DNA of 64,000 nt from an uncultured SAR116 cluster alpha proteobacterium (GTDB lineage Bacteria; Pseudomonadota; Alphaproteobacteria; Puniceispirillales; GCA-002684695): positions 30,456-94,455 of the forward strand of contig CACMFN010000002.1 of assembly GCA_902612965.1 (NCBI GenBank), in the 5' to 3' direction. Shown here in pieces: positions 1 to 9,949 of this stretch (position 1 is its first letter; each line of letters begins with the position of its first letter). The translations under genes and the position numbers were made by a program. Under the pieces are notes generated by a model. The model did no database searches, was not told the DNA's origin, and was given only the letters and a program-made list of their open reading frames with translations.

Positions 1-71
1 CATTTTATATGGTAGGGACAATTGAAGAAGCTGTTGAGAAAGGTGCAAAACTTGAAGCTTCTGCAGCTTAG
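1..71 (+). CDS. atpD: F1F0 ATP synthase beta subunit, 3' end (partial)
   Basis: Frame from base 3 reads FYMVGTIEEAVEKGAKLEASAA*, the typical AtpD C-terminus; lies directly upstream of atpC. Confidence 0.92.
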   Translation, partial: FYMVGTIEEAVEKGAKLEASAA

Positions 72-92
72 TTTATTGGTAAATATTTATAA

Positions 93-497
93 ATGGAAAA
101 TAAAACTAAATTAGAGGTTATTACACCCACTCAAACCATGATCAATGAAGAAGTTGAGATGGTGATTGTGCCAGGTAGCGAAGGTCATTTTGGCGTTCTT
201 CCATTGCATGCACATACATTATCTACACTTGATAGAGGCATTGTTACAGTATATGAAAATAATGATGCATCAAATGAAATCATAATTGATGGTGGTATTG
301 CAGATGTTACACCTCAAGGATGCTCTATTTTAGTTGAAAGGGCTGAAATTGTTAAAAGCTTAGATAAAAATGAAATTGAAAAAAAATATCAATTTCATAA
401 AGACAAAGAAAATAGTTTTGAAAACCCTATAGAAGAAAAAGCAAATAATGATGAGCTTAAATGGCTTGAATTTGTTTTAGAACAAGTTAAAAATTAA
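93..497 (+). CDS. atpC: F1F0 ATP synthase epsilon subunit
   Basis: LEVITP, VPGSEGHFGVLPLHA and GGIADV motifs; follows atpD. Confidence 0.95.
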   Translation: MENKTKLEVITPTQTMINEEVEMVIVPGSEGHFGVLPLHAHTLSTLDRGIVTVYENNDASNEIIIDGGIADVTPQGCSILVERAEIVKSLDKNEIEKKYQFHKDKENSFENPIEEKANNDELKWLEFVLEQVKN

Positions 498-505
498 TTT
501 AATTT

Positions 506-973
506 TTAGCTAATATATTTTTTGAAACCTGCAATTACTTTTAAATATATATCTCTTTTAAACGGAACTGCTAAACTGGGTAAATTCTTATGGCTTTCCC
601 ATTTCCAATCAGTAAATTCTGGATTTTTAGTTTTAATATTTATTTCATCATTTTTTCCAAGAAACCTATAAGCCAACCACTTTTGAGTTTGGCCTCTGTA
701 TTTTCCGTTCCAGAGTTTTTCTGAAAGATTTGATGGAATGTCATAATTCAGCCACGAATTAATTTCATCCAAATACTCAACATTTTTTGTTCCAATTTCT
801 TCTTCCAATTCTCTTAAGCCAGCTACAAGAGGATTTTCTCCTGGTTCAATACCACCTTGGGGCATTTGCCAAGCATTCAAATTAGAGTCAATTCTTTTCC
901 CAACAAAAATTTTATTATCCTTATTTATTACAACTAATCCAACACATTTTCGATAAGGCTTTGATTGATGCAT
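506..973 (-). CDS. rppH: RNA pyrophosphohydrolase (Nudix)
   Basis: YRKCVG, WQMPQGGI, Nudix box RELEEEIG, YRGQTQKW, VPFKR. Confidence 0.95.
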   Translation of the reverse strand: MHQSKPYRKCVGLVVINKDNKIFVGKRIDSNLNAWQMPQGGIEPGENPLVAGLRELEEEIGTKNVEYLDEINSWLNYDIPSNLSEKLWNGKYRGQTQKWLAYRFLGKNDEINIKTKNPEFTDWKWESHKNLPSLAVPFKRDIYLKVIAGFKKYIS

Positions 974-981
974 AATAAATT

Positions 982-2352
982 TTATTTTTTTAGACTATTA
1001 AAAACAGATGCTCCTCTAATCAAGTCTAGTGCCCTTGATAATTGAAAATCTATTTCATCTTGCCTTTTCTCTGAAACGTCTAAGTTGTCACCAAGTGATG
1101 TTTCATTATCATTACTTAAGGTTTCAGATATATTATCTTCATTATCAGCATTTTTATTAGCTTTATCGTCTTCTTGTTTTTTGTCTAGGGCTCCTCTGAT
1201 ATCTTCTTCTCTAACTATCCCAAAATCTATTGGCTCTATCTTTGCCACTTCGACCTCTATATCAGGTGAAATTCCTTTTGCTTGTATAGAAATACCTGAT
1301 GGTGTGTAATATCTTGCAGTAGTTAATCTCATAGCTCCATGTCCAGGTAGAGGAATAACAGTTTGGACAGAACCCTTTCCAAAAGATCTTGTTCCAAGAA
1401 TAACTGCTCTTTTGTGATCCTTAAGTGCGCCAGCAACAATTTCAGAGGCTGAAGCTGAACCGCTGTTAATCAAAACAACCAATGGCAAACCGTTAATAAT
1501 ATCACCTGGTCGAGAATAATGATGAGTTGAGTCTTTGCCGTCCCTTCCTCTAGTAGATACAATTTCACCTAATTCCAAGAAAGAATCTGACACAGAAATA
1601 GCCTCAGATAATAAACCACCTGGATTATTTCTTAAATCTAAAACAATCCCTTGGAACTTATCACCTAATTCTTTTTTAAAATTTTGAACTTCTTTTACAA
1701 GACCAGGTGTTGTTTGCTGACTAAAAGTTGTTAATCTTATATAACCAATATTATCAAAAATTTCACTTTTAACAGATGATATTTTAATTTCGTCTCTAAT
1801 TATTTTTACTTCGAAGGGGTCTATATTCCCTCTTCTAATTGTTATGACAACTGGTTCGCCAATTTCTCCTCTCAATTTTTCTACAGCTTCATCTAGGGTC
1901 AAGCCATAAACGCCTTCATCATCTATCCCAATTATTAAATCACCTGGCTGAATATTAGCTTTATCTGCAGGAGTATCATCTATAGGTGAAACGACCTTAA
2001 CAAATCCATCCTCCATTGTAACTTCGATACCAAGACCACCAAAAGCTCCTTTGGTTTGAACTTGCATGTCTTCAAAGTCTTCATCATCCATAAATGAAGA
2101 ATGAGGATCTAAATTCGCCAACATTCCATTTATAGCTGATTTAATTAATTTCTTATCAGGAACCTCCTCAACATAAGCTTCTCGCACTCTCTGAAAAACA
2201 TCTCCAAATAAAGTTAATTGTCTGTAGGTTTCTGAATTTTTAGCCTCAACACTTAGATTGAATGGAGAAAAATAACCAACAGCTAAAAGAAAAAAAGCTG
2301 AAATCAATGAAATTGAAATAATTTTTTTTGAAACAAACAAGTAATTCTCCAT
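982..2352 (-). CDS. ctpA: S41 family carboxyl-terminal processing protease
   Basis: N-terminal signal/TM, LDPHS, PDZ GGLGIEV, DLRNNPGG, SASASEI, FGKGSVQ. Confidence 0.95.
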   Translation of the reverse strand: MENYLFVSKKIISISLISAFFLLAVGYFSPFNLSVEAKNSETYRQLTLFGDVFQRVREAYVEEVPDKKLIKSAINGMLANLDPHSSFMDDEDFEDMQVQTKGAFGGLGIEVTMEDGFVKVVSPIDDTPADKANIQPGDLIIGIDDEGVYGLTLDEAVEKLRGEIGEPVVITIRRGNIDPFEVKIIRDEIKISSVKSEIFDNIGYIRLTTFSQQTTPGLVKEVQNFKKELGDKFQGIVLDLRNNPGGLLSEAISVSDSFLELGEIVSTRGRDGKDSTHHYSRPGDIINGLPLVVLINSGSASASEIVAGALKDHKRAVILGTRSFGKGSVQTVIPLPGHGAMRLTTARYYTPSGISIQAKGISPDIEVEVAKIEPIDFGIVREEDIRGALDKKQEDDKANKNADNEDNISETLSNDNETSLGDNLDVSEKRQDEIDFQLSRALDLIRGASVFNSLKK

Positions 2353-2396
2353 TTAATGTTTTTTATTCAGACTTAACATACTAATATTATATTTAA

Positions 2397-3929
2397 TTAT
2401 GAAATAATCAAACTTTTACCCTCTATTTCTTTTGGTTTATTTATTTTTAATAAATCTAAAATTGTTGGTGCAATATCTGATAATTTTCCATTTCTTAATT
2501 TTATATTGGGTTCTCCATTTACTAAAATAAAAGGTACAGGGTTATATGTATGAGCTGTGTGCTTTGAGGATTGTTTTTCATCCCACATAACTTCACTGTT
2601 TCCATGATCAGATGTCAAAATTAAAATACCATTATTATTATTTACAGCTTTTAAGATTGAACCTATACATCTGTCAACGAACTCTACTGCCTTTATAGTT
2701 GCTTCATAATTACCTGAATGGCCTACCATGTCTGGATTTGCAAAATTAGCAATTATAATATCAAATTGCTTCGAATTAATGTTTTCAATAATTGAGTTTT
2801 TTATTTCATTAGCGCTCATTTCAGGACGTAAATCATATGTTGCAACCTTTGGAGACGGTATTAATATTCTTTTTTCACCCTGAAAGGCCGTCTCATTACC
2901 ACCATTGAAGAAAAAAGTTACATGTGGATATTTTTCTGTTTCAGCAATTCTTAATTGTCTTAAACCTGAATTAGATACTAACTCTCCTAAAGAATTTTTT
3001 ATTTTATGTTTTGGGAAAAGACTTGGCAAAATCTTATCAATTTTATCTGAATAAGGCACCATTCCTACACAGGCAGAAAAATTAACAAATTTTTCTCTTT
3101 TAAATTTTTTAAAATCTTTATCTATCAATGTTGAAATAATTTGCCGAACTCTATCTGATCTGAAATTGCCTATTAATAAGCCATCACCATTATTCATGCC
3201 TTCAAATTTTTTAATTTTGTCTTCTTCAACTAGTGAAGGAGAAATAAATTCATCTGTTTCCCCTCTACTATAGGCTTCTTGAATAAGTAATTTAACATTT
3301 TTATAACAATGTTTGGCCTTTCCTAGCATTAACGTTTCCCAAGCGATAAAAGTTCTTTCCCATCTGTTATCTCTGTCCATTGGGTAGTATCTACCCATTA
3401 CAGAAGCTATTTTCACACCATTTGGAAGCTTGTCATTGAAACTAACAAGATTATCTAAAGCTGAATTAGGTAAAGTATCACGACCATCAGTAAATGCATG
3501 AATCAAAACTTTAATATTTCTTTTTGCTAATGATTGTGAAATTTTGAGTATATGTTCATCTTTGGAATGAACTCCGCCATCACTTATCAGAGCAATAATA
3601 TGTGCAACACCTTTATTTATTTTCACTTTGCTTGCAAAGTCGTCTATCAGATTATTTTTGTCAAGAAAACTTGACTGAAAAGCTTCATCGATCCTAAGTA
3701 AATCTTGTTTAATAACTCTTCCGCATCCTATATTCATATGTCCTACTTCAGAATTTCCAACTTGACCTTTTGGCAATCCAACTTCATTGCCTGATGCTAA
3801 AATTTGCGTTGAAGGAAAATTTTTTTCTAAATGACTAAAGTTGGGAGTTTTTGCATGCTTTACTGCATTTTTTAGTGATTTTTCTGAGATTCCCCACCCA
3901 TCAAGTATACAAAATGTTATTGGTTTCAT
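2397..3929 (-). CDS. gpmI: 2,3-bisphosphoglycerate-independent phosphoglycerate mutase
   Basis: ILDGWG, GNSEVGH, DGRDT, AETEKYPHVTFFFNGG, DMVGH, DHGN. Confidence 0.97.
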   Translation of the reverse strand: MKPITFCILDGWGISEKSLKNAVKHAKTPNFSHLEKNFPSTQILASGNEVGLPKGQVGNSEVGHMNIGCGRVIKQDLLRIDEAFQSSFLDKNNLIDDFASKVKINKGVAHIIALISDGGVHSKDEHILKISQSLAKRNIKVLIHAFTDGRDTLPNSALDNLVSFNDKLPNGVKIASVMGRYYPMDRDNRWERTFIAWETLMLGKAKHCYKNVKLLIQEAYSRGETDEFISPSLVEEDKIKKFEGMNNGDGLLIGNFRSDRVRQIISTLIDKDFKKFKREKFVNFSACVGMVPYSDKIDKILPSLFPKHKIKNSLGELVSNSGLRQLRIAETEKYPHVTFFFNGGNETAFQGEKRILIPSPKVATYDLRPEMSANEIKNSIIENINSKQFDIIIANFANPDMVGHSGNYEATIKAVEFVDRCIGSILKAVNNNNGILILTSDHGNSEVMWDEKQSSKHTAHTYNPVPFILVNGEPNIKLRNGKLSDIAPTILDLLKINKPKEIEGKSLIIS

Positions 3930-3958
3930 ATTTCTATTTTTGATTAAATTCTAAGTCT

Positions 3959-4411
3959 TTATATTTTGTGATAAGGATGATTATTTATAATGGTTTCAGA
4001 CCTATATATTTGCTCAACAAGAACAATACGAGCAAGCATGTGTGGAAAAGTCATGTTTGATAAACTTATAGTTAAATCAACATTTTTACTAATGTTTTCA
4101 TTAACGCCATCAGCTCCACCAATTAAAAAATTTATTATATTATTACCATGGTTTCTCCAATCTGAAATCAATTTTGAAAATTCAAAAGAAGATAATATTG
4201 TTCCTTTCTCATCAAGCAAAATTTTTTTTCCATTATTTTTTATCATGGATAATAGTTTTTTTGATTCATCATTTATTTTTTTGTTTTTTTCGTCAAAATT
4301 CGAAACGTACTCAAAAAATTCTATATTTTTAATTCTTTTGGAATATTTTAAAAAAATTTCTGCTTCTGGAGAACGTCTCATATTTCCAATTGCATAAATA
4401 TTGTACTTCAT
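3959..4411 (-). CDS. rlmH: 23S rRNA pseudouridine-1915 N3-methyltransferase
   Basis: LDEKG, IGGADG, SLSNMTFPHMLAR, EQIYR, HPYH. Confidence 0.95.
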   Translation of the reverse strand: MKYNIYAIGNMRRSPEAEIFLKYSKRIKNIEFFEYVSNFDEKNKKINDESKKLLSMIKNNGKKILLDEKGTILSSFEFSKLISDWRNHGNNIINFLIGGADGVNENISKNVDLTISLSNMTFPHMLARIVLVEQIYRSETIINNHPYHKI

Positions 4412-4420
4412 TTTGATAAA

Positions 4421-4801
4421 TTAATTTTCACTTCCTATCAAAATAGTTTCAGCCTCACCTTTTTGAGTCCACATTTTTTCTAAATTATAAAATTCTCTTG
4501 TTTCATGTTGGAATAAATGCAAAACAACATCGCCAGCATCAATTAAAACCCAATCAGAATTTTTCATCCCCTCTATAGAAATATTTTTTACTTTATTGTC
4601 TTTTAAAAACTCAACTGATTTTTGTGCCATTGAGTTAACATGTCTTGATGAATTGCCACCTGCAATTATCATAAAATCAGCTAATGGGCTTTTATCTTTT
4701 AGATCAATAAGGACAATATTGTTAGCTTTAAGTTTATCTAATTCAGAAACTAATAATGAGTGAATATTTAATGATTTTTTCTTTTTATTAATAGTAAACA
4801 A
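4421..4801 (-). CDS. rsfS: Ribosome silencing factor
   Basis: LKANNIVLID, SSRHV, WVLIDAGDVVLHLF, REFYNLEKMW; conserved nadD-rsfS-rlmH order. Confidence 0.95.
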   Translation of the reverse strand: MFTINKKKKSLNIHSLLVSELDKLKANNIVLIDLKDKSPLADFMIIAGGNSSRHVNSMAQKSVEFLKDNKVKNISIEGMKNSDWVLIDAGDVVLHLFQHETREFYNLEKMWTQKGEAETILIGSEN

Positions 4802-4840
4802 ACTCCTTAATTTAAATATAGTACATCATTAATAAAAATT

Positions 4841-5476
4841 CTATTCTTTTGATCCTCTGATTATAGTTGAAGAAATATTGATATTAACATTATGAAAATA
4901 TCCCCAAATAGGTGGTTCTGAAATTGAAAGCAACTTTAACCTACTAGAATTTATTCGTTTGCCCAAAACATATGCTCCCTTTGAGTTAATTGATCTAAGT
5001 GGGCTGCCCCTTCTGTTAAAAACTGCAAAAGGAATCAAGTTTGATATTTTTTTTGCTTTATACCATTTACTGAAATTCAATAAGTTATCAGAACCCATTA
5101 TCCAAATTAATTTCATATTAGATAAACGTGGTAATATTTTTTTTAACAAATCATAGCTATTTTTAGTTTTAAGATTATTTTCTAAATTTAAAACTTTAAA
5201 TTTTGGATGATTTGCAATTTTTTTTGTAAGTTCTACCCTTTGTGAAAGTGACATTAGACCTTTAGAAGTTTTTAAGGGGTTTTTTGTAGATACCAGCCAC
5301 CACACCTCATCTAAGTTAAGGTTTTTAAGTGCTAATTTTGCTATTTTCAGATGTCCATTATGCGGCGGATTGAACGAACCCCCCATCAAACCAATTTTTA
5401 AACCCTTATTATTATAGATGTATTTTGATAATATTCTTATTTTACTAAGGTCTGATCTGGCCATTACCGTGAACAA
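4841..5476 (-). CDS. nadD: Nicotinate-nucleotide adenylyltransferase (start uncertain; overlaps proA 3' end)
   Basis: GGSFNPPHNGH, WWLVS-NPLK, IMGSDNL, ISSTIIR. Confidence 0.93.
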   Translation of the reverse strand: MFTVMARSDLSKIRILSKYIYNNKGLKIGLMGGSFNPPHNGHLKIAKLALKNLNLDEVWWLVSTKNPLKTSKGLMSLSQRVELTKKIANHPKFKVLNLENNLKTKNSYDLLKKILPRLSNMKLIWIMGSDNLLNFSKWYKAKKISNLIPFAVFNRRGSPLRSINSKGAYVLGKRINSSRLKLLSISEPPIWGYFHNVNINISSTIIRGSKE

Positions 5477-6698
5477 CGTATTTAAAACTTGTCAACTGTG
5501 CAGCGCCTACAGGACCTCTTGCATGCAATTTGCCTGTTGAAATCCCTATTTCTGCACCTAGTCCAAATTCACCGCCATCAGCAAATTGTGTTGAAGCGTT
5601 TACTAAAACTATCGCACTATCAACTGCATTTGTAAAAACTTTGGCTATTTCTTCATTTTCTGTCATTATTGCGTCTGTATGTTGCGTTCCAAATGTTTGA
5701 ATATGTTCTATAGCATCATAAACATCCCCAACAACCTTGATTGATATTTTTGGAGCTAAATATTCAGTTGACCAATCTTCTTCAATAGCAGGATCAATGT
5801 AAGGAACTATTGATTTAGTTACCTCATCACCTACAATTTCACACCCTTTTTCATTAAGTTCAGAGCAAATTTTAGGAAGGAATTTTTTTGCAATGTGTTC
5901 ATTAACTAATAATGTTTCTGTAGCGCCACAGATCCCAGTTCTTCTCATTTTACCATTAATAACTACAGAACATGACTTTTCTAATTCAGCAAACTGGTCG
6001 ACATAAATATGGCATATACCTTCAAGGTGTGAAAATACAGGAACTCTTGCGTTTTTTTGAACCTTTTCAACCAATGATTTACCACCTCTAGGAATAATAA
6101 CATCAATAACATTTGACATCTTCAACATATAATCTACAGCATCTCGATCTTTAGATGGAATCAGTTGAATTATGTCTTTTGAAAGATTGCATTGCTGTAA
6201 GGCATCTCTGATAAGTTCAGATAAAATATAACAAGAGTTATAACTATCTGAGCCACACCTTAAAATAACTGAATTTCCAGATTTTATACAAAGAGCTGCA
6301 GCATCAACTGTTACGTTTGGCCTAGACTCATAAATAATACCTAAGACACCAAGTGGTGTCGGTTGCTTAGAAATAACTAATCCATTTGGTCTTTCCCATT
6401 TTGTAATTTTACTAGATAGAGGATCAGGTAATGTACTAATACTGATTAAGCTTTCAGATATTGCGGAAATCCTTTTTAAATCTAAAAGTAGTCGGTCAAT
6501 GTATGATTCTTTCAATCCAGCTTTATTTGCTAAGAGTAAGTCTTCTTTATTTGCTTCAATAATTTTATTAGTATTTTTGCTTATTATTTCTGAAGACAAT
6601 TTAAGCACAGCGTTTCTTCTTTCATGTGCTGCTGAGGCTATTTCTTTTTGTGAGATTATTGAATTCTTACCTATTTTTTTTAAAATTTTTTTTATCAT
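5445..6698 (-). CDS. proA: Glutamate-5-semialdehyde dehydrogenase
   Basis: IYESRPNVT, IPRGG, CGATET, NASTQFADGGEFGLGAEIGIST, HARGPVG. Confidence 0.97.
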   Translation of the reverse strand: MIKKILKKIGKNSIISQKEIASAAHERRNAVLKLSSEIISKNTNKIIEANKEDLLLANKAGLKESYIDRLLLDLKRISAISESLISISTLPDPLSSKITKWERPNGLVISKQPTPLGVLGIIYESRPNVTVDAAALCIKSGNSVILRCGSDSYNSCYILSELIRDALQQCNLSKDIIQLIPSKDRDAVDYMLKMSNVIDVIIPRGGKSLVEKVQKNARVPVFSHLEGICHIYVDQFAELEKSCSVVINGKMRRTGICGATETLLVNEHIAKKFLPKICSELNEKGCEIVGDEVTKSIVPYIDPAIEEDWSTEYLAPKISIKVVGDVYDAIEHIQTFGTQHTDAIMTENEEIAKVFTNAVDSAIVLVNASTQFADGGEFGLGAEIGISTGKLHARGPVGAAQLTSFKYVVHGNGQIRP

Positions 6699-6718
6699 TT
6701 GAAAATATTCTAAAATTT

Positions 6719-7900
6719 TTATTTCCCTAACACTAAGTCATCTCTGTGGATTAATTCATCACGCCCCACGTAACCAAGTAAGGTTTTAATATCATATGTT
6801 TTTTTCCCAGCAATTGTAACAATTTCTTGAGAGTTATATGATGTTAATCCAGATGCTATTTTAATTCCATTATGGCTAAAAATCTCAATTAAGTCACCTT
6901 TTTCAAAACTTCCATCAACCTTAATTACGCCAGCTGGCAAAAGAGAGCTTCCATTTTTTAAAGCTTTGGATGCACCCGCATCAACAGTTACTCTGCCCGA
7001 GAAATTCAATCCAGCAGCAATCCATTTTTTACGCGCTGATAAAGGAGTATCTTTTACTTCAAAAATTGTATATTTACGTTTTTTAGCTAATTCTAAAATT
7101 GCATGGTTTTCCTCTCCATTACAAATAATCATTTTGCATCCGGAAAGATTAGAAATTTTAGCTGCTTCAAGCTTAGTTATCATTCCTCCAGAGGAAAATT
7201 TATAATGAGATGAACCAGCCATTTTCAATATATCATCATTAATTTCCTTTACTTTGGGAATATGATTTGCCTTTTCTGACAAATGAGGGTTTTTATCATA
7301 GAGACCATCAATATCTGATAACAAGATCAGCAAATCTGAAGATGACATTTGCGCTACCCTAGCAGCCAATCTGTCATTATCACCAAATTTTATTTCGCTT
7401 GTTGTAATTGTATCATTTTCATTTATTACAGGAATTATATTTGCTTCAATTAATTTAGCTATAGTCGCTCTTGCATTTAAATGTTTTCTTCTTGTTTCAG
7501 TATCATCAGGAGAAAGTAAGATTTGAGCACATTTTAAATTAAATTTTTCAAGTGCCGCTTTCCAAGAGTATGCAAGTTCTATTTGGCCTATTGCAGCTGC
7601 TGCCTGATTTTCTTCTAAGTTTAAAGTTTTATTTTCTGCTCCAAAAGAACTTCTGCCTAAAGCTATTGCTCCAGAAGAAACAATTATGATCTCTTTTTTG
7701 AAACTTTGAAGCCATGATATATCTTCAGATAAAGCATTAAGCCATTTATTTCTGATTTTTAGACAGTCTTTATTTATGAGTAATGAACTACCTACTTTAA
7801 CTATTATTCTTTTATAAGGTAAAAAAAATTTTTTTATGCACGCTGTGTCTGACTTAGATAATGTAAATTGTTTTTTCATTACTTTTGATATAAACCACAA
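6719..7900 (-). CDS. proB: Glutamate 5-kinase with PUA domain (start uncertain)
   Basis: VKVGSS, VSSGA, NENDT, FGDNDRL, GGMITKL, SLLPAG, IHRDDLV. Confidence 0.97.
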   Translation of the reverse strand: MWFISKVMKKQFTLSKSDTACIKKFFLPYKRIIVKVGSSLLINKDCLKIRNKWLNALSEDISWLQSFKKEIIIVSSGAIALGRSSFGAENKTLNLEENQAAAAIGQIELAYSWKAALEKFNLKCAQILLSPDDTETRRKHLNARATIAKLIEANIIPVINENDTITTSEIKFGDNDRLAARVAQMSSSDLLILLSDIDGLYDKNPHLSEKANHIPKVKEINDDILKMAGSSHYKFSSGGMITKLEAAKISNLSGCKMIICNGEENHAILELAKKRKYTIFEVKDTPLSARKKWIAAGLNFSGRVTVDAGASKALKNGSSLLPAGVIKVDGSFEKGDLIEIFSHNGIKIASGLTSYNSQEIVTIAGKKTYDIKTLLGYVGRDELIHRDDLVLGK

Positions 7901-7948
7901 TTGTTGATTAAGAACTTACATAGAATTAACACAATGCTATAAAAAATT

Positions 7949-8971
7949 TCAATGTATATGAGAAATATTGGTTTCTGATTTGTCATAATTAACTATAATT
8001 TTTGATACTTTTCCTAAGAGACTTTTTAGACCTTTTCCCGTAATAGAAGAAATTCTAATTACTTCTGTTACACCTGCTTTTTTTAAATTATGTTCAATTT
8101 CATCATTTAATTCATCAAGCAAGGCATCTGTCTTAGTCAATACTGTGATACATTCTTTTTCTTTGAGATCAGCTCCGTATTCTTTAATCTCTTTTTGGAT
8201 TATTTTCCATGATTTAACAGGATCCTCATCACAGCAATCAATCATATGCAATAGAACCTTACATCTTTCTATGTGACCCAAAAATCTAGTTCCTAAACCT
8301 GACCCTGTATGAGCTCCTTTTATTAATCCAGGAATATCAGCAATTATAAACTCATGATCATTTATTTCAGCAACCCCTAAACCTGGATATAAAGTTGTAA
8401 ATGGATAGCTTGCTATTTTAGGCCTTGCAGCTGTAACAACTGATAGTAAAGTAGATTTCCCTGCATTTGGCAAACCCACTAAACCTACATCAGCAATAAG
8501 TTTTAATCTAAACCAAACCCATTGTTCCTCTCCAGGAATCCCGGGCTGTGAAATTCTAGGGCTTTGACGTGTCGAAGATTTAAACCAAGCGTTTCCTTTT
8601 CCGCCTTTTCCACCTTCCAAAAGTACTTCTTTTTGGCCAATTTTTACCAAGTCAGCTAATAGGAATTCTTTATCTTCAGATAGAATTTGAGTTCCTAAAG
8701 GGAGTTTAATTATCGTTGGCTGGCCATTTTGACCAGTTTTATTTCTACCAGCACCAGAATGACCAGTTTTAGCTTTAAAATGTTGTTTATATCTAAAATC
8801 AATTAATGTGTTAAGTCCTTCAACACATTCAACAATAATATCAGCGCCTTTGCCTCCATCGCCGCCATCAGGACCACCATAAGGAACGTTAGCTTCGCGC
8901 CTAAAACTTACAGCACCGGGGCCACCATTGCCACTTTTTAAAAAGATTTTAACTTCATCAAGGAATTTCAT
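7949..8971 (-). CDS. obgE: GTPase ObgE/CgtA
   Basis: MKFLDE, GGPDGGDGG, GLPNAGKST, YPFTT, DIPGLI, FLGHIERC. Confidence 0.98.
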   Translation of the reverse strand: MKFLDEVKIFLKSGNGGPGAVSFRREANVPYGGPDGGDGGKGADIIVECVEGLNTLIDFRYKQHFKAKTGHSGAGRNKTGQNGQPTIIKLPLGTQILSEDKEFLLADLVKIGQKEVLLEGGKGGKGNAWFKSSTRQSPRISQPGIPGEEQWVWFRLKLIADVGLVGLPNAGKSTLLSVVTAARPKIASYPFTTLYPGLGVAEINDHEFIIADIPGLIKGAHTGSGLGTRFLGHIERCKVLLHMIDCCDEDPVKSWKIIQKEIKEYGADLKEKECITVLTKTDALLDELNDEIEHNLKKAGVTEVIRISSITGKGLKSLLGKVSKIIVNYDKSETNISHIH

Positions 8972-9003
8972 TTAAACCGCCAAAACGGTTAAATAATTTA
9001 ATT

Positions 9004-9273
9004 TTATTCAGCTGCTTTTGTCTCTGAGACAACATTAACAAACATTTTGCCTTTAGATTTCTGACGAAACTTAATTACACCAGCTGATGTTGCAAAAAGA
9101 GTATGATCTTTGCCAATACCAACGTTTTCACCTGGATGAACTTTAGTTCCTCTTTGTCTTATAATAATGTTGCCAGCAAGAACTTTTTCTCCACCAAATT
9201 TTTTTACACCAAGCCTTCTACCGGCTGAGTCACGACCATTCCTAGAACTTCCTCCTGCTTTTTTATGTGCCAT
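9004..9273 (-). CDS. rpmA: 50S ribosomal protein L27
   Basis: [29 protein letters not shown]. Confidence 0.99.
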   Translation of the reverse strand: MAHKKAGGSSRNGRDSAGRRLGVKKFGGEKVLAGNIIIRQRGTKVHPGENVGIGKDHTLFATSAGVIKFRQKSKGKMFVNVVSETKAAE

Positions 9274-9286
9274 AGATAACTCCTAG

Positions 9287-9814
9287 TTATTTTTTCTTTG
9301 TACTTGTTTTAGTTGCTGTTGATTTAAGTGTATCATCTTTCTTAGTTGTAGATGTTTTTTTCACAGCTTTCGAATCAGTTTTTTTTGTTGAAACTGATTT
9401 TTTAGTAATTTGTTTTTCTTCTGATAATCTTGATGTAGAAACTTTGTTTTTATTTTCAACTTTTTTATTAGTTGCTTTTTTTTGGTCTTTAATTACAAGT
9501 TTTTTAGGATCTCCAATACCTACAACTTTTAATAAGGTTAGATCTTGTTTATGTCCTTTAACTCTTCTAGAGTTTTTTCTTCTTCTATGCTTTAAGGTAA
9601 TAATTTTTGGACCACGGGTTTGCTTTACAACTGTAGCTGAAACTGCCATATTTTGTAAATCTTTACCTTGTGAGATTTTGCCTGAATCAACAACCATTAA
9701 AAGATCTGATAAAGTAACAATTGACCCTTCATCAGCATTAATTCTATCAACAAGGATTTTCTGTTCATTTTCAACTTTATATTGTTTTCCACCAGTTTTA
9801 ATTACTGCGTACAT
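9287..9814 (-). CDS. rplU: 50S ribosomal protein L21 with Lys/Thr/Ser-rich C-terminal extension
   Basis: MYAVIKTGGKQYKV, RRRKNSRRVKGHKQ; upstream of rpmA. Confidence 0.97.
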   Translation of the reverse strand: MYAVIKTGGKQYKVENEQKILVDRINADEGSIVTLSDLLMVVDSGKISQGKDLQNMAVSATVVKQTRGPKIITLKHRRRKNSRRVKGHKQDLTLLKVVGIGDPKKLVIKDQKKATNKKVENKNKVSTSRLSEEKQITKKSVSTKKTDSKAVKKTSTTKKDDTLKSTATKTSTKKK

Positions 9815-9870
9815 TTCTCTATATCCTATTCACAAAATGTATACTTAAAATACTACATACTAAAGGACGA

Positions 9871-9898
9871 AATATATCTTTTACATTAAATTTGTCAA
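9871..9898 (-). promoter_or_regulatory. Sigma70-type promoter of rplU-rpmA
   Basis: Minus strand reads TTGACA-16 nt-TATATT, about 56 nt upstream of the rplU start. Confidence 0.6.
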
Positions 9899-9949
9899 GT
9901 AAATGTTAGCTAATAAGTGAGTAAAAATTCAAATTAATAATATTTATTT

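Noticed and set aside
8975..8990. Short inverted repeat AACCG-ccaaaa-CGGTT between rpmA and obgE
   Set aside because: Only a 5-bp stem with no U-tract; too weak to call a terminator
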